From Dysgonamonadaceae bacterium (GTDB taxonomy: Bacteria; Bacteroidota; Bacteroidia; Bacteroidales; Azobacteroidaceae), in the NCBI GenBank assembly GCA_031287395.1, contig JAITTA010000284.1, positions 1 to 39,119 of the forward strand: a stretch of DNA of 39,119 nt, read 5' to 3'. The stretch's first letter is position 1, and each line of letters opens with the position of its first letter. Below, one piece after another: positions 7,179 through 17,192 of this stretch. The translations under genes were made by a program, and so were the position numbers. The notes beneath the pieces are model-generated. The model searched no databases. It saw nothing but the letters and a program-made list of their open reading frames with translations, and was not told where the DNA came from.

Positions 7179-9464
7179 TTATTGAAGTGAAAATGATGCT
7201 GTTTGAACATCCCGGCTATTGCTTCCAATCATCAGGACAAAATCTCCGGGTTCATAATCGTATTTCAGATCATTATTATAAAACCGGAGTAATTCCGGAG
7301 TAATGGTAAACGTTACCGTTTTAGATTCTCCCGGTTCCAGGCTGATTTTTTCAAAACCTTTCAATTCTTTTACCGGACGGGTGATACTACCGACCAGATC
7401 GCGGATGTATAGTTGTATGATCTCTTTTCCGGCTCTTTCGCCCGTATTGGTAACCACAACGGAAGCCGTCAATTCCCCGTTCGCATTGAAACTGTCGGAA
7501 CTTAAGCGGATAGCTCCATAGTTGAATGTTGTATAACTCAAGCCATAACCGAATGGATACAATGGTTCATTGCTCACATCCAGGTAGTTGCTGCGGAATT
7601 TCTGAAACCATTTTCCTTCGGCCAGAGGTCTTCCGGTATTTTTATGATTATAGAAAATGGGGATTTGTCCGATATTTTGAGGGAAACTGGCGGTCAGTTT
7701 CCCGCTGGGGTTGACGTCTCCGAAAAGAACGTCGGCAATGGCGTAAGCAGCCTCGCTTCCTCCAAACCAGGTATTCAGAATAGCGGGAACATTTTCATTT
7801 TCCCATACCAATGCCAGAGGCCTTCCGGTAAACAAGACCAAAACAACCGGTTTACCGGTTTGGACAAGAGCTTTTAACAGTTTCCGTTGGGTTTCCGGGA
7901 TTTTTATATCGGTACGGGAGCTGCTTTCTCCGCTCATTTCGGACGATTCTCCCAGGGCAGCAATGATTACATCCGCATTCCGGGCTGTTTGTACGGCTTC
8001 GTTGATGATGACCTGTTCCGGACGTTCGTCGCGTTTCAGATCCCGTCCGAACACAGTCGATCTCTTTTCCAATTCCGCATCTTCCGTTAAATTACTACCC
8101 TTAGCATAGAGGATACGGACTTTGTCTCCAACGACTTCCTTCATGCCTTCAAGCAAACCGGGAATCCGGTCCAATTTAGTAGCCACACTCCAGGTTCCGG
8201 CCATATTCGCCCCGGAATCGGCCAATGGGCCTATTAATGCGATTGTTCCCTGTTTTTTCAATGGAAGGATTTGTTTGTCGTCTTTTAACAGGACAAAACT
8301 TTCAGCCGCTATTTTACGGGCAATCGTGCGATGTTCCTTTGTATAAATTTCTGATCCGGCACGCTTTTGATCACAGTATTTATACGGATCGGAAAATAAT
8401 CCCAGCTTATATTTAGCTTCCAATATCCGGCGACAAGCAGCATCGATTTGAGCTTCGGTCACTTGACCTTCTTCCAGCGATTCGGAAAGAGTGGCCGGCA
8501 ATCCTTCGCTCACCATATCCATATCCAATCCGGCATTCAAAGCTTTAGCCGATACGGTTTTCAAATCCCCGATTCCATGATCGATCATTTCACTGACACC
8601 GGTGTAATCGCTCACGACAAAACCGTTGAATCCCCATTGTTTACGTAAAACGTCGGTAAGAAGCCATCGATTAGCGGTGGCAGGTATTCCGTCTATTTCG
8701 TTGAAAGAAGCCATGATGCTGCCTGCTCCGGCTTCTACAGCAGCATGGTAGGGCCAAAGATACTCGTTAAACATGCGCACACGGCTCATATCGACCGTAT
8801 TGTAATCCCGTCCGGATTCCGATGCTCCATACAAGGCAAAATGCTTGACGCAAGCCATGATCGTATTGTTTTGAGTCAAATCGTTACCCTGGTAACCGCG
8901 TACCATGGCTTTGGCTATTTCTCCTCCGAGGAACGGGTCTTCTCCGTTCCCTTCGGCAATCCGTCCCCAGCGGGCGTCCCGGCATAAATCCACCATCGGG
9001 CTGAAAGTCCAGCAGATGCCGTCGGCGCTTGCTTCAATAGCTGCGATCCGGGCCGATTGTTCGATTGCCTGCATATCCCAACTGCAAGCCAAGCCCAGAG
9101 GAATGGGGAAAACCGTTTCATATCCGTGAATAACGTCCATTCCAAACAATAAAGGGATTTTCAGCCGGCTTTCTTCCACGGCAAGGCGTTGCACTTCCCT
9201 GATTTTTTCACTCCCTTTAATGTTGAATAATCCTCCGACCTTTCCTTCCTTGATTTTTTTTGCAACGTCGCTGTTTTCCGCCTGACCGGTAGTGATATCT
9301 CCGGCAACCGGAAGATTGAGTTGCCCGATTTTTTCTTCCAAAGTCATCTGTTTCAACAAGCTACCAATGAAACGATTCATCTCAGCGTCTTGATTTTCTT
9401 TCTTTTTTTGAGAACAGGCTCCCATAAGTAAAGAAAGGCAGAGTAAAATTGATATTTTCTTCAT
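7179..9464 (-). CDS. bglX: GH3 beta-glucosidase
   Basis: MTLEEKIGQL, DVIHG, RWGR..EG.GEDP, VKHFA, VVSDY nucleophile, PLYPFGYGLSYT, FnIII-like C-terminus; lipobox MGAC. Confidence 0.93.
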   Translation of the reverse strand: MKKISILLCLSLLMGACSQKKKENQDAEMNRFIGSLLKQMTLEEKIGQLNLPVAGDITTGQAENSDVAKKIKEGKVGGLFNIKGSEKIREVQRLAVEESRLKIPLLFGMDVIHGYETVFPIPLGLACSWDMQAIEQSARIAAIEASADGICWTFSPMVDLCRDARWGRIAEGNGEDPFLGGEIAKAMVRGYQGNDLTQNNTIMACVKHFALYGASESGRDYNTVDMSRVRMFNEYLWPYHAAVEAGAGSIMASFNEIDGIPATANRWLLTDVLRKQWGFNGFVVSDYTGVSEMIDHGIGDLKTVSAKALNAGLDMDMVSEGLPATLSESLEEGQVTEAQIDAACRRILEAKYKLGLFSDPYKYCDQKRAGSEIYTKEHRTIARKIAAESFVLLKDDKQILPLKKQGTIALIGPLADSGANMAGTWSVATKLDRIPGLLEGMKEVVGDKVRILYAKGSNLTEDAELEKRSTVFGRDLKRDERPEQVIINEAVQTARNADVIIAALGESSEMSGESSSRTDIKIPETQRKLLKALVQTGKPVVLVLFTGRPLALVWENENVPAILNTWFGGSEAAYAIADVLFGDVNPSGKLTASFPQNIGQIPIFYNHKNTGRPLAEGKWFQKFRSNYLDVSNEPLYPFGYGLSYTTFNYGAIRLSSDSFNANGELTASVVVTNTGERAGKEIIQLYIRDLVGSITRPVKELKGFEKISLEPGESKTVTFTITPELLRFYNNDLKYDYEPGDFVLMIGSNSRDVQTASFSLQ

Positions 9465-9492
9465 CTATCAAAATGTTAATTAATGTTAATTT

Positions 9493-11154
9493 TTAGTTTA
9501 TCTGAAAATTAAATCCTAACTTTATAAGTCCGGCCTGTACCTCCGGACAACTCATAAAAGTTTTCCAAAGCAAGCCTGTCCGGTAATTTTCTATCATCAC
9601 GACGATGGGTCCCTGATCTATTGCCAGGAATTGGTTGTCAAACCAATTGGCGGAAAGATTGAAAGCGTCTGTAAATCCATATTCTTTCCAGAGTAAATCG
9701 CCTAATTTATAATAGAAGAATTGTAAAGCGCGCATAGACTCTTCCGGGGTATAGGGCATGGATGCCAGAGCAGCCGTGGGGGCTATCACGCCTAGATCGT
9801 TTGAGGGAGAGTGAGCGCTGTATCCCGCATTCCCGTCGGAAGCGGTCAATCCCCAGCAATCGCGGCTGTAACCGGAATATTTTTTAGGATTGGCAACACA
9901 ATGATGGTAATTGATAAGGGCATGGTTCGTATTTTGCACCCAATAATCGGCGTAAGCGTCGCTCAATCCTTTCGGATTCAATCCGAGGAAAGAGTAGTGG
10001 GCGAAGAATAACGGTCCTCCGTAGACAGGGCCTAAGGGCAGGGGATATCCATAATAAGATTGTCCGTTTTTAATACCTCCGTTTTTTGCCCATCCCTGTT
10101 CATAGACCTCTTTTGATATGGGATGTGTGGGTGAAGAGGCCGCCAGGACATAAGTAATCAAACATTCGTTCCATCCGGATACCGGCAGATTCATTTCCCA
10201 TTCATAATCGGGACTCCAGTGCCAATACAGCGCTTTTTGTCCGTTTTTCTGAAACCAGGTCCAATCGATGGATTCCCAAAGCTGCCGGATGTCGTTTCGT
10301 AATTGTTGTTCATCGTTTCCGGCACTGTTAAAATACTGTCGTGCAGTCAGTAGTCCTTCAAACAGGAAAGAGGTTTCCACTAAATCGGCTCCGTTATCCT
10401 TTGTACCGAATGGCTGGGTGGCTCCTGTTTCGCCATTGATCCAGTGGGCAAAAGCGCCGTGATAACTTGTACACTTATTTTTCAGGAAACTTACCATTTT
10501 CTGAATCCGGGTCACTGCATCCTGCCGGGATACGAATCCCCGTTCGACAGCTACAATAATGGCCATGACTCCAAAACCGGTACCTCCGGTGGTTACCGTA
10601 TTGCCGGACGTACTTCTTTCCCTGGCCATTCCCGATACCGGATGACCAAAATCCCAAAAATATTTGAATGTTTGTCTTTGAACCAATGTTAAGAGTTCTT
10701 CATTCGATATTACCGGAAACTTATCGGTAGAATCTATTCCTGTTGCAAAAGTAATCGATTTTCCGGTATGGATCAATAAACCGGACTTTGACTTCAAATT
10801 GGGCAGGATATTGATTTTGTATCCGGAATACATTCTTAAGGTATTGGCCGGATTGATCTTCAGCAGGCTATCGTTTTCTTCATAACTGTATTCAGCGGAG
10901 ACTCTTATTCCATCTGAAGTGGAAAATTCAATGTTGGGAGCAACCGTATTCCGATCTACAGGAGATGAAAACCGGATACAAACGGGAGACGAAGTATTCA
11001 CTTCTTCATAAGCGTTTGTTCCCTTTGGAATTCCATCGATAAGAACCTCCTCGATCTGAAAAATTTCGGGTTCAGGGGGTACTTTGTCATCTTTACAGGA
11101 AAAGCAAAGTACAAATAACAAAAATATGGATATTGCATTCAAACGGTTTTTCAT
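9493..11154 (-). CDS. GH144 putative endo-beta-1,2-glucanase lipoprotein with N-terminal Ig-like (Big_5-type) domain
   Basis: Lipobox CFSC, IRFSSPVD Ig-like segment, then TFKYFWDFGHPVSGMARER, NGADLVET, GPLFFAHYS, AIDQGP. Confidence 0.88.
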   Translation of the reverse strand: MKNRLNAISIFLLFVLCFSCKDDKVPPEPEIFQIEEVLIDGIPKGTNAYEEVNTSSPVCIRFSSPVDRNTVAPNIEFSTSDGIRVSAEYSYEENDSLLKINPANTLRMYSGYKINILPNLKSKSGLLIHTGKSITFATGIDSTDKFPVISNEELLTLVQRQTFKYFWDFGHPVSGMARERSTSGNTVTTGGTGFGVMAIIVAVERGFVSRQDAVTRIQKMVSFLKNKCTSYHGAFAHWINGETGATQPFGTKDNGADLVETSFLFEGLLTARQYFNSAGNDEQQLRNDIRQLWESIDWTWFQKNGQKALYWHWSPDYEWEMNLPVSGWNECLITYVLAASSPTHPISKEVYEQGWAKNGGIKNGQSYYGYPLPLGPVYGGPLFFAHYSFLGLNPKGLSDAYADYWVQNTNHALINYHHCVANPKKYSGYSRDCWGLTASDGNAGYSAHSPSNDLGVIAPTAALASMPYTPEESMRALQFFYYKLGDLLWKEYGFTDAFNLSANWFDNQFLAIDQGPIVVMIENYRTGLLWKTFMSCPEVQAGLIKLGFNFQIN

Positions 11155-11296
11155 AGGTACATCATTTATTTTTAAAAGTCATATGGAACTCGCGTCATTG
11201 TTGACTACGTCAATTCTTCGAATTCACACTTTTGGTACAAGTTTTGCATGCTCGTTTCATGCTGATAATGTTCTGTATTTATGTCTTTGCCGGAAG

Positions 11297-11346
11297 GCAT
11301 ATCCGACTAAGCAGTACCTCAAAAGGTACCGCTTAGATGGATTTGC
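11297..11346. other. Intra-operon stem-loop
   Basis: GCATATCCGACTAAGCAGTACCT-CAAA-AGGTACCGCTTAGATGGATTTGC, an imperfect inverted repeat with no U-tract. Confidence 0.65.
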
Positions 11347-11393
11347 TCTCTTTTAGAGAATTTGTTGATAACCATAAATCTTTTATTCCCTTA

Positions 11394-12194
11394 TTATTGA
11401 GCCGCATTCATGATCGTTTGAATCTCCTGTTGCGTCAGCGCCTTATTAAACAAGCGTAACTCATCGATGAGGCTGGCATCCGAAAGGTGACTCCATCCGG
11501 TGAAATAAGGAGCTCCCGATCCGATAGACAGACTGGTACATCCGTCCCAATTTACTCCGCTAAAAGCGGCTTTGCTTACGACCTGACCGTTGATATAAAC
11601 GGCACATTCCGAATTTGAAATGGTAAAAGCCATAAATACCCAACCGGCGCCGGTTGTTTCGGGATTAAGCATGGCAGCGGCGCCTCCGTCAAACCAGGTA
11701 TCGGCAGTTCCGTTTCCTACATTCAGTTTGAATGTTTGTCCGCCGTTCCCTGCTTCCCGGAAGAAACGGAATCCTTTGGTACGGTTGTTTTTCGCATTGG
11801 CTGCCGCAGCCGGATCGTCGGCGCTTACGGTCAGGATTCCTCCACGATCGGGAGTTGCATTTAACTTATACCAGAATACGCCGCTAAATCCGGAAGCCGG
11901 ATCTTTTACCGGAAAAGTCAGATAACTGTTTGTCGCGCCTTTGTAGGCTTTCCCGAATTTTCCCGCTTCAAATCCCGGAGTTCCGATTATGGTCGCCTCG
12001 ACCAGAGTGAATTGCTCCGCGTAATCGTCCTCGAAAGGCAGATAAAAAATTTCTCCGTCGTATTTTGCCTTGTATGTTGGCTTGGGTTGTTCGGGATAAT
12101 CGAATGGAGGATCCTGTCCCAAGTCTTGAAAACAGGATTGCAGACTCCATGCTAAAAGGACGAGAACTATCAATGAAATTGGATGTGTCTTCAT
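11394..12194 (-). CDS. LamG/concanavalin-like lipoprotein, putative surface glycan-binding protein
   Basis: Lipobox LQSC, YLPFE, WVFMAFT...VYING, IDELRLFNKALTQQEI; lies directly after susD. Confidence 0.85.
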   Translation of the reverse strand: MKTHPISLIVLVLLAWSLQSCFQDLGQDPPFDYPEQPKPTYKAKYDGEIFYLPFEDDYAEQFTLVEATIIGTPGFEAGKFGKAYKGATNSYLTFPVKDPASGFSGVFWYKLNATPDRGGILTVSADDPAAAANAKNNRTKGFRFFREAGNGGQTFKLNVGNGTADTWFDGGAAAMLNPETTGAGWVFMAFTISNSECAVYINGQVVSKAAFSGVNWDGCTSLSIGSGAPYFTGWSHLSDASLIDELRLFNKALTQQEIQTIMNAAQ

Positions 12195-12208
12195 AATTTT
12201 TAAAATTT

Positions 12209-13750
12209 TTAATAATTCGGATTCTGTTTTAAAACGCCATTGGACTTATCGATTTCAGCTTGGGGGAGAGGTAAATATTTGTGTTTATCCAGGTATTTAG
12301 TTTTACCGGCAGCATGCAATACCTCCGCGGCAATTCCCCAGCGTACCAAATCGTAAAAACGATCGTATTCCATCCCCAACTCCACACGTCTTTCATGACG
12401 GATCGCGTTTCTTAATTCGGCCTGGACGGTTGTTGTCACTTTAGGCAAAATGGAAGCGTTGGAACCACGGGCACGGGCGCGAACCATTTCCAGGTATTTC
12501 AACGCATCAGCCGGATTTCCCAGTTCATTAGCTGCCTCTGAGGCCATCAAAACGATATCGGCGTAGCGGATCAGCCGGACATTGACCCAAAAACCTCCTT
12601 TTGTATAGAGTAATCTTAATGCAGGATCGGTATATGCCTTTTTATTGTAATATTTATTTGTAACATCGGCATTGGCAACCGGTTTTTCATTCCAGGGTTT
12701 ATTTGCCGGAATAGTAGAAGGATCGCCTCCCGATTTGATGAAATACAACAAAGTTTCGTCTTTTCTCGGATCTCCGGGTTCAAAAGCATCTGCCAGAAGT
12801 TGAGTCGGAGTATTCCATCCCCATCCTAAGTTCCAGTCTCCGGCGCCTCTTACTCCCTGTACCTGGGCAAATTGACTTCCGATATCGTTCGTTCCGGGTT
12901 GGGATGGAGTCGATGTACATTGCAATTCAAGAATAGATTCGCTGCCATTTTCTCCGGACTCCCTGAATATCTGTTCGTATGGAGTGTTCAGGTTGTAAAT
13001 TCCGGAATTAATGACTTCAGTGGCTGCAGTATAAGTATTTGTCCAATCGTTACGTGTCAGGTATGCTTTGGCATGCAGCGAACGGGCTGCTCCCCAGGTC
13101 AGTCGTCCGACATACACGGGACTCCACTTTTGAGGCAGATACTTAGCGGCTTCCGTCAAATCGGAATCAATCAGTTTATAAATATCGTCCACCGATGATT
13201 TGGGGACATTCGTTTGAGCGGCATCCGTTACTTTGAAATCGATTTTCGGAACTTCGCCGAAAGCTCTAACCAGGTTAAAATAAGCAAACGCTCTGAAGAA
13301 ATGGGCTTCGGACCGGTTTGTCAGGTCTCCTTCCGTTAAAGTATTACCAGCTTTTTCATACTCGCTTATATCGGAAAGGATCCTGTTTACAATATTGATG
13401 ATATCGTAGTTATTGGTCCAGTAACTTTGGAGCGAACCGTTCGATGCATTGTAATCAAAATCGTCAAACATGGTAGCAAACGCGGCGCCGTCGGAAGCGG
13501 TGCTTCCTTTTTCCGTATCTTCGGAACGGAAACTGTGAATAGCCATGGCGGTATTCCCCGTAGTTACGTGATATCCCCGCATTTTAGCATACAACGTAAA
13601 TATGTCCGTCTGAAAGGAACCTCCGGGTTCGTCTCCTTTCACCCATTGACCCTGAGGCTGTTGATCTAACAAGTCGCCGCATCCGGCATTGATTACGGCG
13701 AATAAGCCAATCGTGAGAACGAATAAGGCTTTCAATATATTTTTCTTCAT
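12209..13750 (-). CDS. RagB/SusD-family lipoprotein
   Basis: Lipobox NAGC, EAHFFRAFAYFNLVRAFGEVP, IRYADIVLMASEA, IRHERRVELGME..RFYDLVRW, QNPNY. Confidence 0.95.
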   Translation of the reverse strand: MKKNILKALFVLTIGLFAVINAGCGDLLDQQPQGQWVKGDEPGGSFQTDIFTLYAKMRGYHVTTGNTAMAIHSFRSEDTEKGSTASDGAAFATMFDDFDYNASNGSLQSYWTNNYDIINIVNRILSDISEYEKAGNTLTEGDLTNRSEAHFFRAFAYFNLVRAFGEVPKIDFKVTDAAQTNVPKSSVDDIYKLIDSDLTEAAKYLPQKWSPVYVGRLTWGAARSLHAKAYLTRNDWTNTYTAATEVINSGIYNLNTPYEQIFRESGENGSESILELQCTSTPSQPGTNDIGSQFAQVQGVRGAGDWNLGWGWNTPTQLLADAFEPGDPRKDETLLYFIKSGGDPSTIPANKPWNEKPVANADVTNKYYNKKAYTDPALRLLYTKGGFWVNVRLIRYADIVLMASEAANELGNPADALKYLEMVRARARGSNASILPKVTTTVQAELRNAIRHERRVELGMEYDRFYDLVRWGIAAEVLHAAGKTKYLDKHKYLPLPQAEIDKSNGVLKQNPNY

Positions 13751-13776
13751 ATCTGTATCATTTTTGAGATTAAAAA

Positions 13777-16700
13777 TTAAAATGTCAGGTTCAAACCTAC
13801 CGTATAAATCGCCGGCATCGGATAAGTTCCGTCGTCGATTCCGAAAGCAATGGCGCTACCTCCGATTTCGGGGGTATAACCGATGTTTTTACTCCAGGTT
13901 TTCAGGTTCTGAACATTGGCATACAACCGTAATGATTTCACATAAACTTTATTCAACAATTGAGGGCTGAATGAATATCCCAGTTGAATGTTGCGAATAC
14001 GGAAGAAACTACCGTCTTCGATAAAATAACTGGAGTTCATCTGGTTGATTGACCTGAATGGATCCAGTACCGGTTCCCAGTTGGAGGTTCCTTCTCCGTT
14101 CCACCTGTTTATCCGTTTTGTCAGATAATTGAACTGAGCGTAGGTAGGATCGTCCCAGGTACGAAAGATTTCATTTCCGTAAACGCCCATCATATCGATA
14201 CCCAGGTCGAAGTTCTTGTAAGCCAGGTTGATGTTGAATCCATAGGTAAAATCGGGAGTCGGGTTCCCGATCATCGTCCGGTCTGCATCCGTGATTTTTC
14301 CATCCGGCACTCCGTCCGGTCCGCTGATATCGGCAAATTTCAGGTCGCCAGGAGCAATGGAAGCCAGGGTATTGACCGGAGATGTCCTGATATCCTGGTT
14401 ATTCTGATAAACACCGGTCACTTTGTATCCATAGAAATAACCCACCGGATATCCGGCAAGCGAGCGTGCGACGCTTTTGGTTCCGGAATAAATAGCATCT
14501 GCGGCGTCACGGCCCAGAGACAATACTTCGTTATCGATTGTTGTCAGGTTTCCTCCGAGGGTGTATTTGAATTCCGAATCACTTATTCTGTCCGACCACG
14601 ACCCGGAAAGTTCCAAGCCCCTGTTACGGATTTTTCCCATATTTTCCAATGAGTTCTGCGCTCCCGTGCGTGAAGGCAATGATACAATCAAATCATGGGT
14701 CGTTTTATTATAATATACCGGTTCGATTCTCAACCGTTGATTCAACAGATTCATTTCGAACCCGGCTTCCCAGGAGTTTGTTTTTTCCCAACCCAGATTC
14801 TGGACAAGGTATTGATAAGAATATCCGGTAATGATTTTATCTCCGAAAACGGCACTTCCCGAACTTGTCAATTCGGGATAGGACGGATAATTACGGCCTC
14901 CTGTGTTCTGCGAACCCAGAATACCCCATGAGCCTTTCAGTTTCAGGAAATCGATAGTCGATTGATTTTGCATGAAGTCTTCTTCCGATACCACCCAACC
15001 GGCGCCTGCGGAATAAAAGTGATCCCAGGTATTGCCGACTCCGTAAAATACGGAAGAACCGTCGCGACGGTAAGAGACATTCAACAGATAACGACTCTTG
15101 TAATTATATAAACCTCTCAACAAATAAGACATCAGGAAACGGTTGTACTGACTCCCTCCATTGGTCATGGCATTCTGATCGAGAGCGGTGATCCACCATT
15201 TATCGGAATTGTCGTTAGGGATGGAAAAAATGATATCATTGAGATTCTGGCTCCTTCCGGCGGATATCGAGGAGTAACTGAGATAATTCGTAGTAAAACC
15301 GGCAGTAGCCGTCAATCCGTGATCTCCGAATTTATTGTCGTAAGTCAGCACGTAATCGGCTTGGGTATTCAAGCGCGTCGATTTCGACTGGTTGACGGAC
15401 TGGGTTGTTCTCAGGTTACCGGCTCCCGGAATGGATGGGTCATACACGGCGAGTACAGGGATATACTGCCGCGACTCTCCGGAACTGAAATCAGCGGAAA
15501 GAGTCAGCTTGAAATTGAAGTGTTTCAGAAAATCCACTTCCCCGTAAACGCTTCCGGCTCCTCTGTAATTGATTCCGATATTGTGTTTTCCGTCGATTTC
15601 GATTGCAATCATCGGGTTCCATAACTGTGCGCTCTGAAAAGAAGGCATGATGGACAACAGTCCGGAGGCGTCGTCGCGTATGGGAGCTATCGGAGCTGCT
15701 TTTACTGCTCCCCCTACTCCCTTTGCATCAGGCGGAAGGGTCCTGGAGCCGTTGAATTTGAATCCGAATCTCACAGCATTACTGACGGAATAATCGCTAC
15801 CGAGACTGAGCGTTACTTTCTCAAACTCTTCGCTTTTAATGGAACCTTCTTCCGAAGTGTAACCGACTCCCATGTAAAATTTATTTTTCCCTGTCGAACC
15901 GATAATACTGAGATTGTTATTGGTCATGAAACCCGTCCGGAAGATTTCATCCTGCCAGTCGGTATCGGCCGACCAATAGGTATAATCGAAGGGATCCCTT
16001 TTCTGGTTTTGCAACTGCTCATTGTATAATTCCTTGAATTGAGCGGCATTGGTTACGTCCACCCGGTCGTAGATTTGCTTCCAGCCCACCGAGGTATTGA
16101 AATTGACAAGGGTCTGGCCTTCCTTCGCCTTTTTAGTTGTAATGATGATGACTCCATTAGCCCCACGCACCCCAAAGATGGCTAATGAAGAAGGATCTTT
16201 CAGGATTTCCATCGATTCGACATCAGCCGGATTCAGATAATTGATGTTATCTGCAAATAATCCATCAACAACATACAAAGGGGCAAAACCGTTGATTGAG
16301 TTTGTCCCTCGAATACGGATTTCCGGATCTTGTCCTGCCCGGCCGGTATTAATAACCTGTACCCCGGCAACTTTACCTTGTATGGAAGCCAACGGGTTTG
16401 ACGACGGCCGGTCGGAAATGTCGGAAGCCTTAATACTGACAATCGAGCCGGTCAAATCCCTTTTTTTTGCAGTACCATAACCGATAACAACGGCTTCTCC
16501 CAGGACAGTTTCCTCTTCTTTCATCCGGATATCGATTACATTATTTGTACCAACTACCACTTTTTGAGTGGCCATTCCCAGATAATAAAATTCCAAAACA
16601 TCCCCTTTATCAGCATCAATGGCGTATTTTCCATTCATATCGGTGGCGACTCCCCGTTTTGTCTGGGAAATTTGAACAGAAACGCCGATTAATGCATCCC

Positions 16701-16839
16701 CCGTTTCGTCTGTAACCGTTCCTGAAATTGACATTTTTTGTGCAAAGAGGTCAAGTCCTCCCAGGAAAAACAGACAGCAAACGACAAATACCCGCGTCTG
16801 AAATACGGATGGTAATTTCTGTTTTGAGATCTTTTTCAT
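13777..16839 (-). CDS. SusC/RagA-family TonB-dependent transporter
   Basis: VIGYGT.KKRDLTGSI, IRIRGTNS...PLYVVDG, ILKD...IFGVRGANGVIIITTK, LGWEKT, C-terminal GLNLTF. Confidence 0.96.
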   Translation of the reverse strand: MKKISKQKLPSVFQTRVFVVCCLFFLGGLDLFAQKMSISGTVTDETGDALIGVSVQISQTKRGVATDMNGKYAIDADKGDVLEFYYLGMATQKVVVGTNNVIDIRMKEEETVLGEAVVIGYGTAKKRDLTGSIVSIKASDISDRPSSNPLASIQGKVAGVQVINTGRAGQDPEIRIRGTNSINGFAPLYVVDGLFADNINYLNPADVESMEILKDPSSLAIFGVRGANGVIIITTKKAKEGQTLVNFNTSVGWKQIYDRVDVTNAAQFKELYNEQLQNQKRDPFDYTYWSADTDWQDEIFRTGFMTNNNLSIIGSTGKNKFYMGVGYTSEEGSIKSEEFEKVTLSLGSDYSVSNAVRFGFKFNGSRTLPPDAKGVGGAVKAAPIAPIRDDASGLLSIMPSFQSAQLWNPMIAIEIDGKHNIGINYRGAGSVYGEVDFLKHFNFKLTLSADFSSGESRQYIPVLAVYDPSIPGAGNLRTTQSVNQSKSTRLNTQADYVLTYDNKFGDHGLTATAGFTTNYLSYSSISAGRSQNLNDIIFSIPNDNSDKWWITALDQNAMTNGGSQYNRFLMSYLLRGLYNYKSRYLLNVSYRRDGSSVFYGVGNTWDHFYSAGAGWVVSEEDFMQNQSTIDFLKLKGSWGILGSQNTGGRNYPSYPELTSSGSAVFGDKIITGYSYQYLVQNLGWEKTNSWEAGFEMNLLNQRLRIEPVYYNKTTHDLIVSLPSRTGAQNSLENMGKIRNRGLELSGSWSDRISDSEFKYTLGGNLTTIDNEVLSLGRDAADAIYSGTKSVARSLAGYPVGYFYGYKVTGVYQNNQDIRTSPVNTLASIAPGDLKFADISGPDGVPDGKITDADRTMIGNPTPDFTYGFNINLAYKNFDLGIDMMGVYGNEIFRTWDDPTYAQFNYLTKRINRWNGEGTSNWEPVLDPFRSINQMNSSYFIEDGSFFRIRNIQLGYSFSPQLLNKVYVKSLRLYANVQNLKTWSKNIGYTPEIGGSAIAFGIDDGTYPMPAIYTVGLNLTF

Positions 16840-16901
16840 AATGTTACATTTTTGAGATTATAAATTTTAATAAGGTTACCACAAACGGATTAACTCTTCA
16901 T

Positions 16902-16909
16902 CAAAAATA
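16902..16909 (-). promoter_or_regulatory. Putative -7 promoter element of the PUL
   Basis: TATTTTTG on the minus strand about 65 bp upstream of susC. Confidence 0.45.
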
Positions 16910-17192
16910 GTAAATGATTCATTTTGAAAATGCCTGTTTAGCTCACAACAATTACTAGGGGGATGATTATTAACAAATACTCACCTCATTATTACTACTT
17001 CATTGTCTGCTATTTATTTGAATATCAGAAAAATGTATATTTTGTGATCAAACGTATCCGATTCTTGTATAAAACTCCCATTGTTTTCAATTTTTGATAA
17101 TCGGTATAGTAATGTTCCCAGGTATCCCATTGTTGGTTTAATTTTACAGTCTCAAATGACATAAGGTTGTCCTGCTTTCTTATTTTATAATA

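Noticed and set aside
11084-11356. 90-aa plus-strand ORF inside the PUL
   Set aside because: Antisense to the operon, spans the hairpin, and has no motifs.
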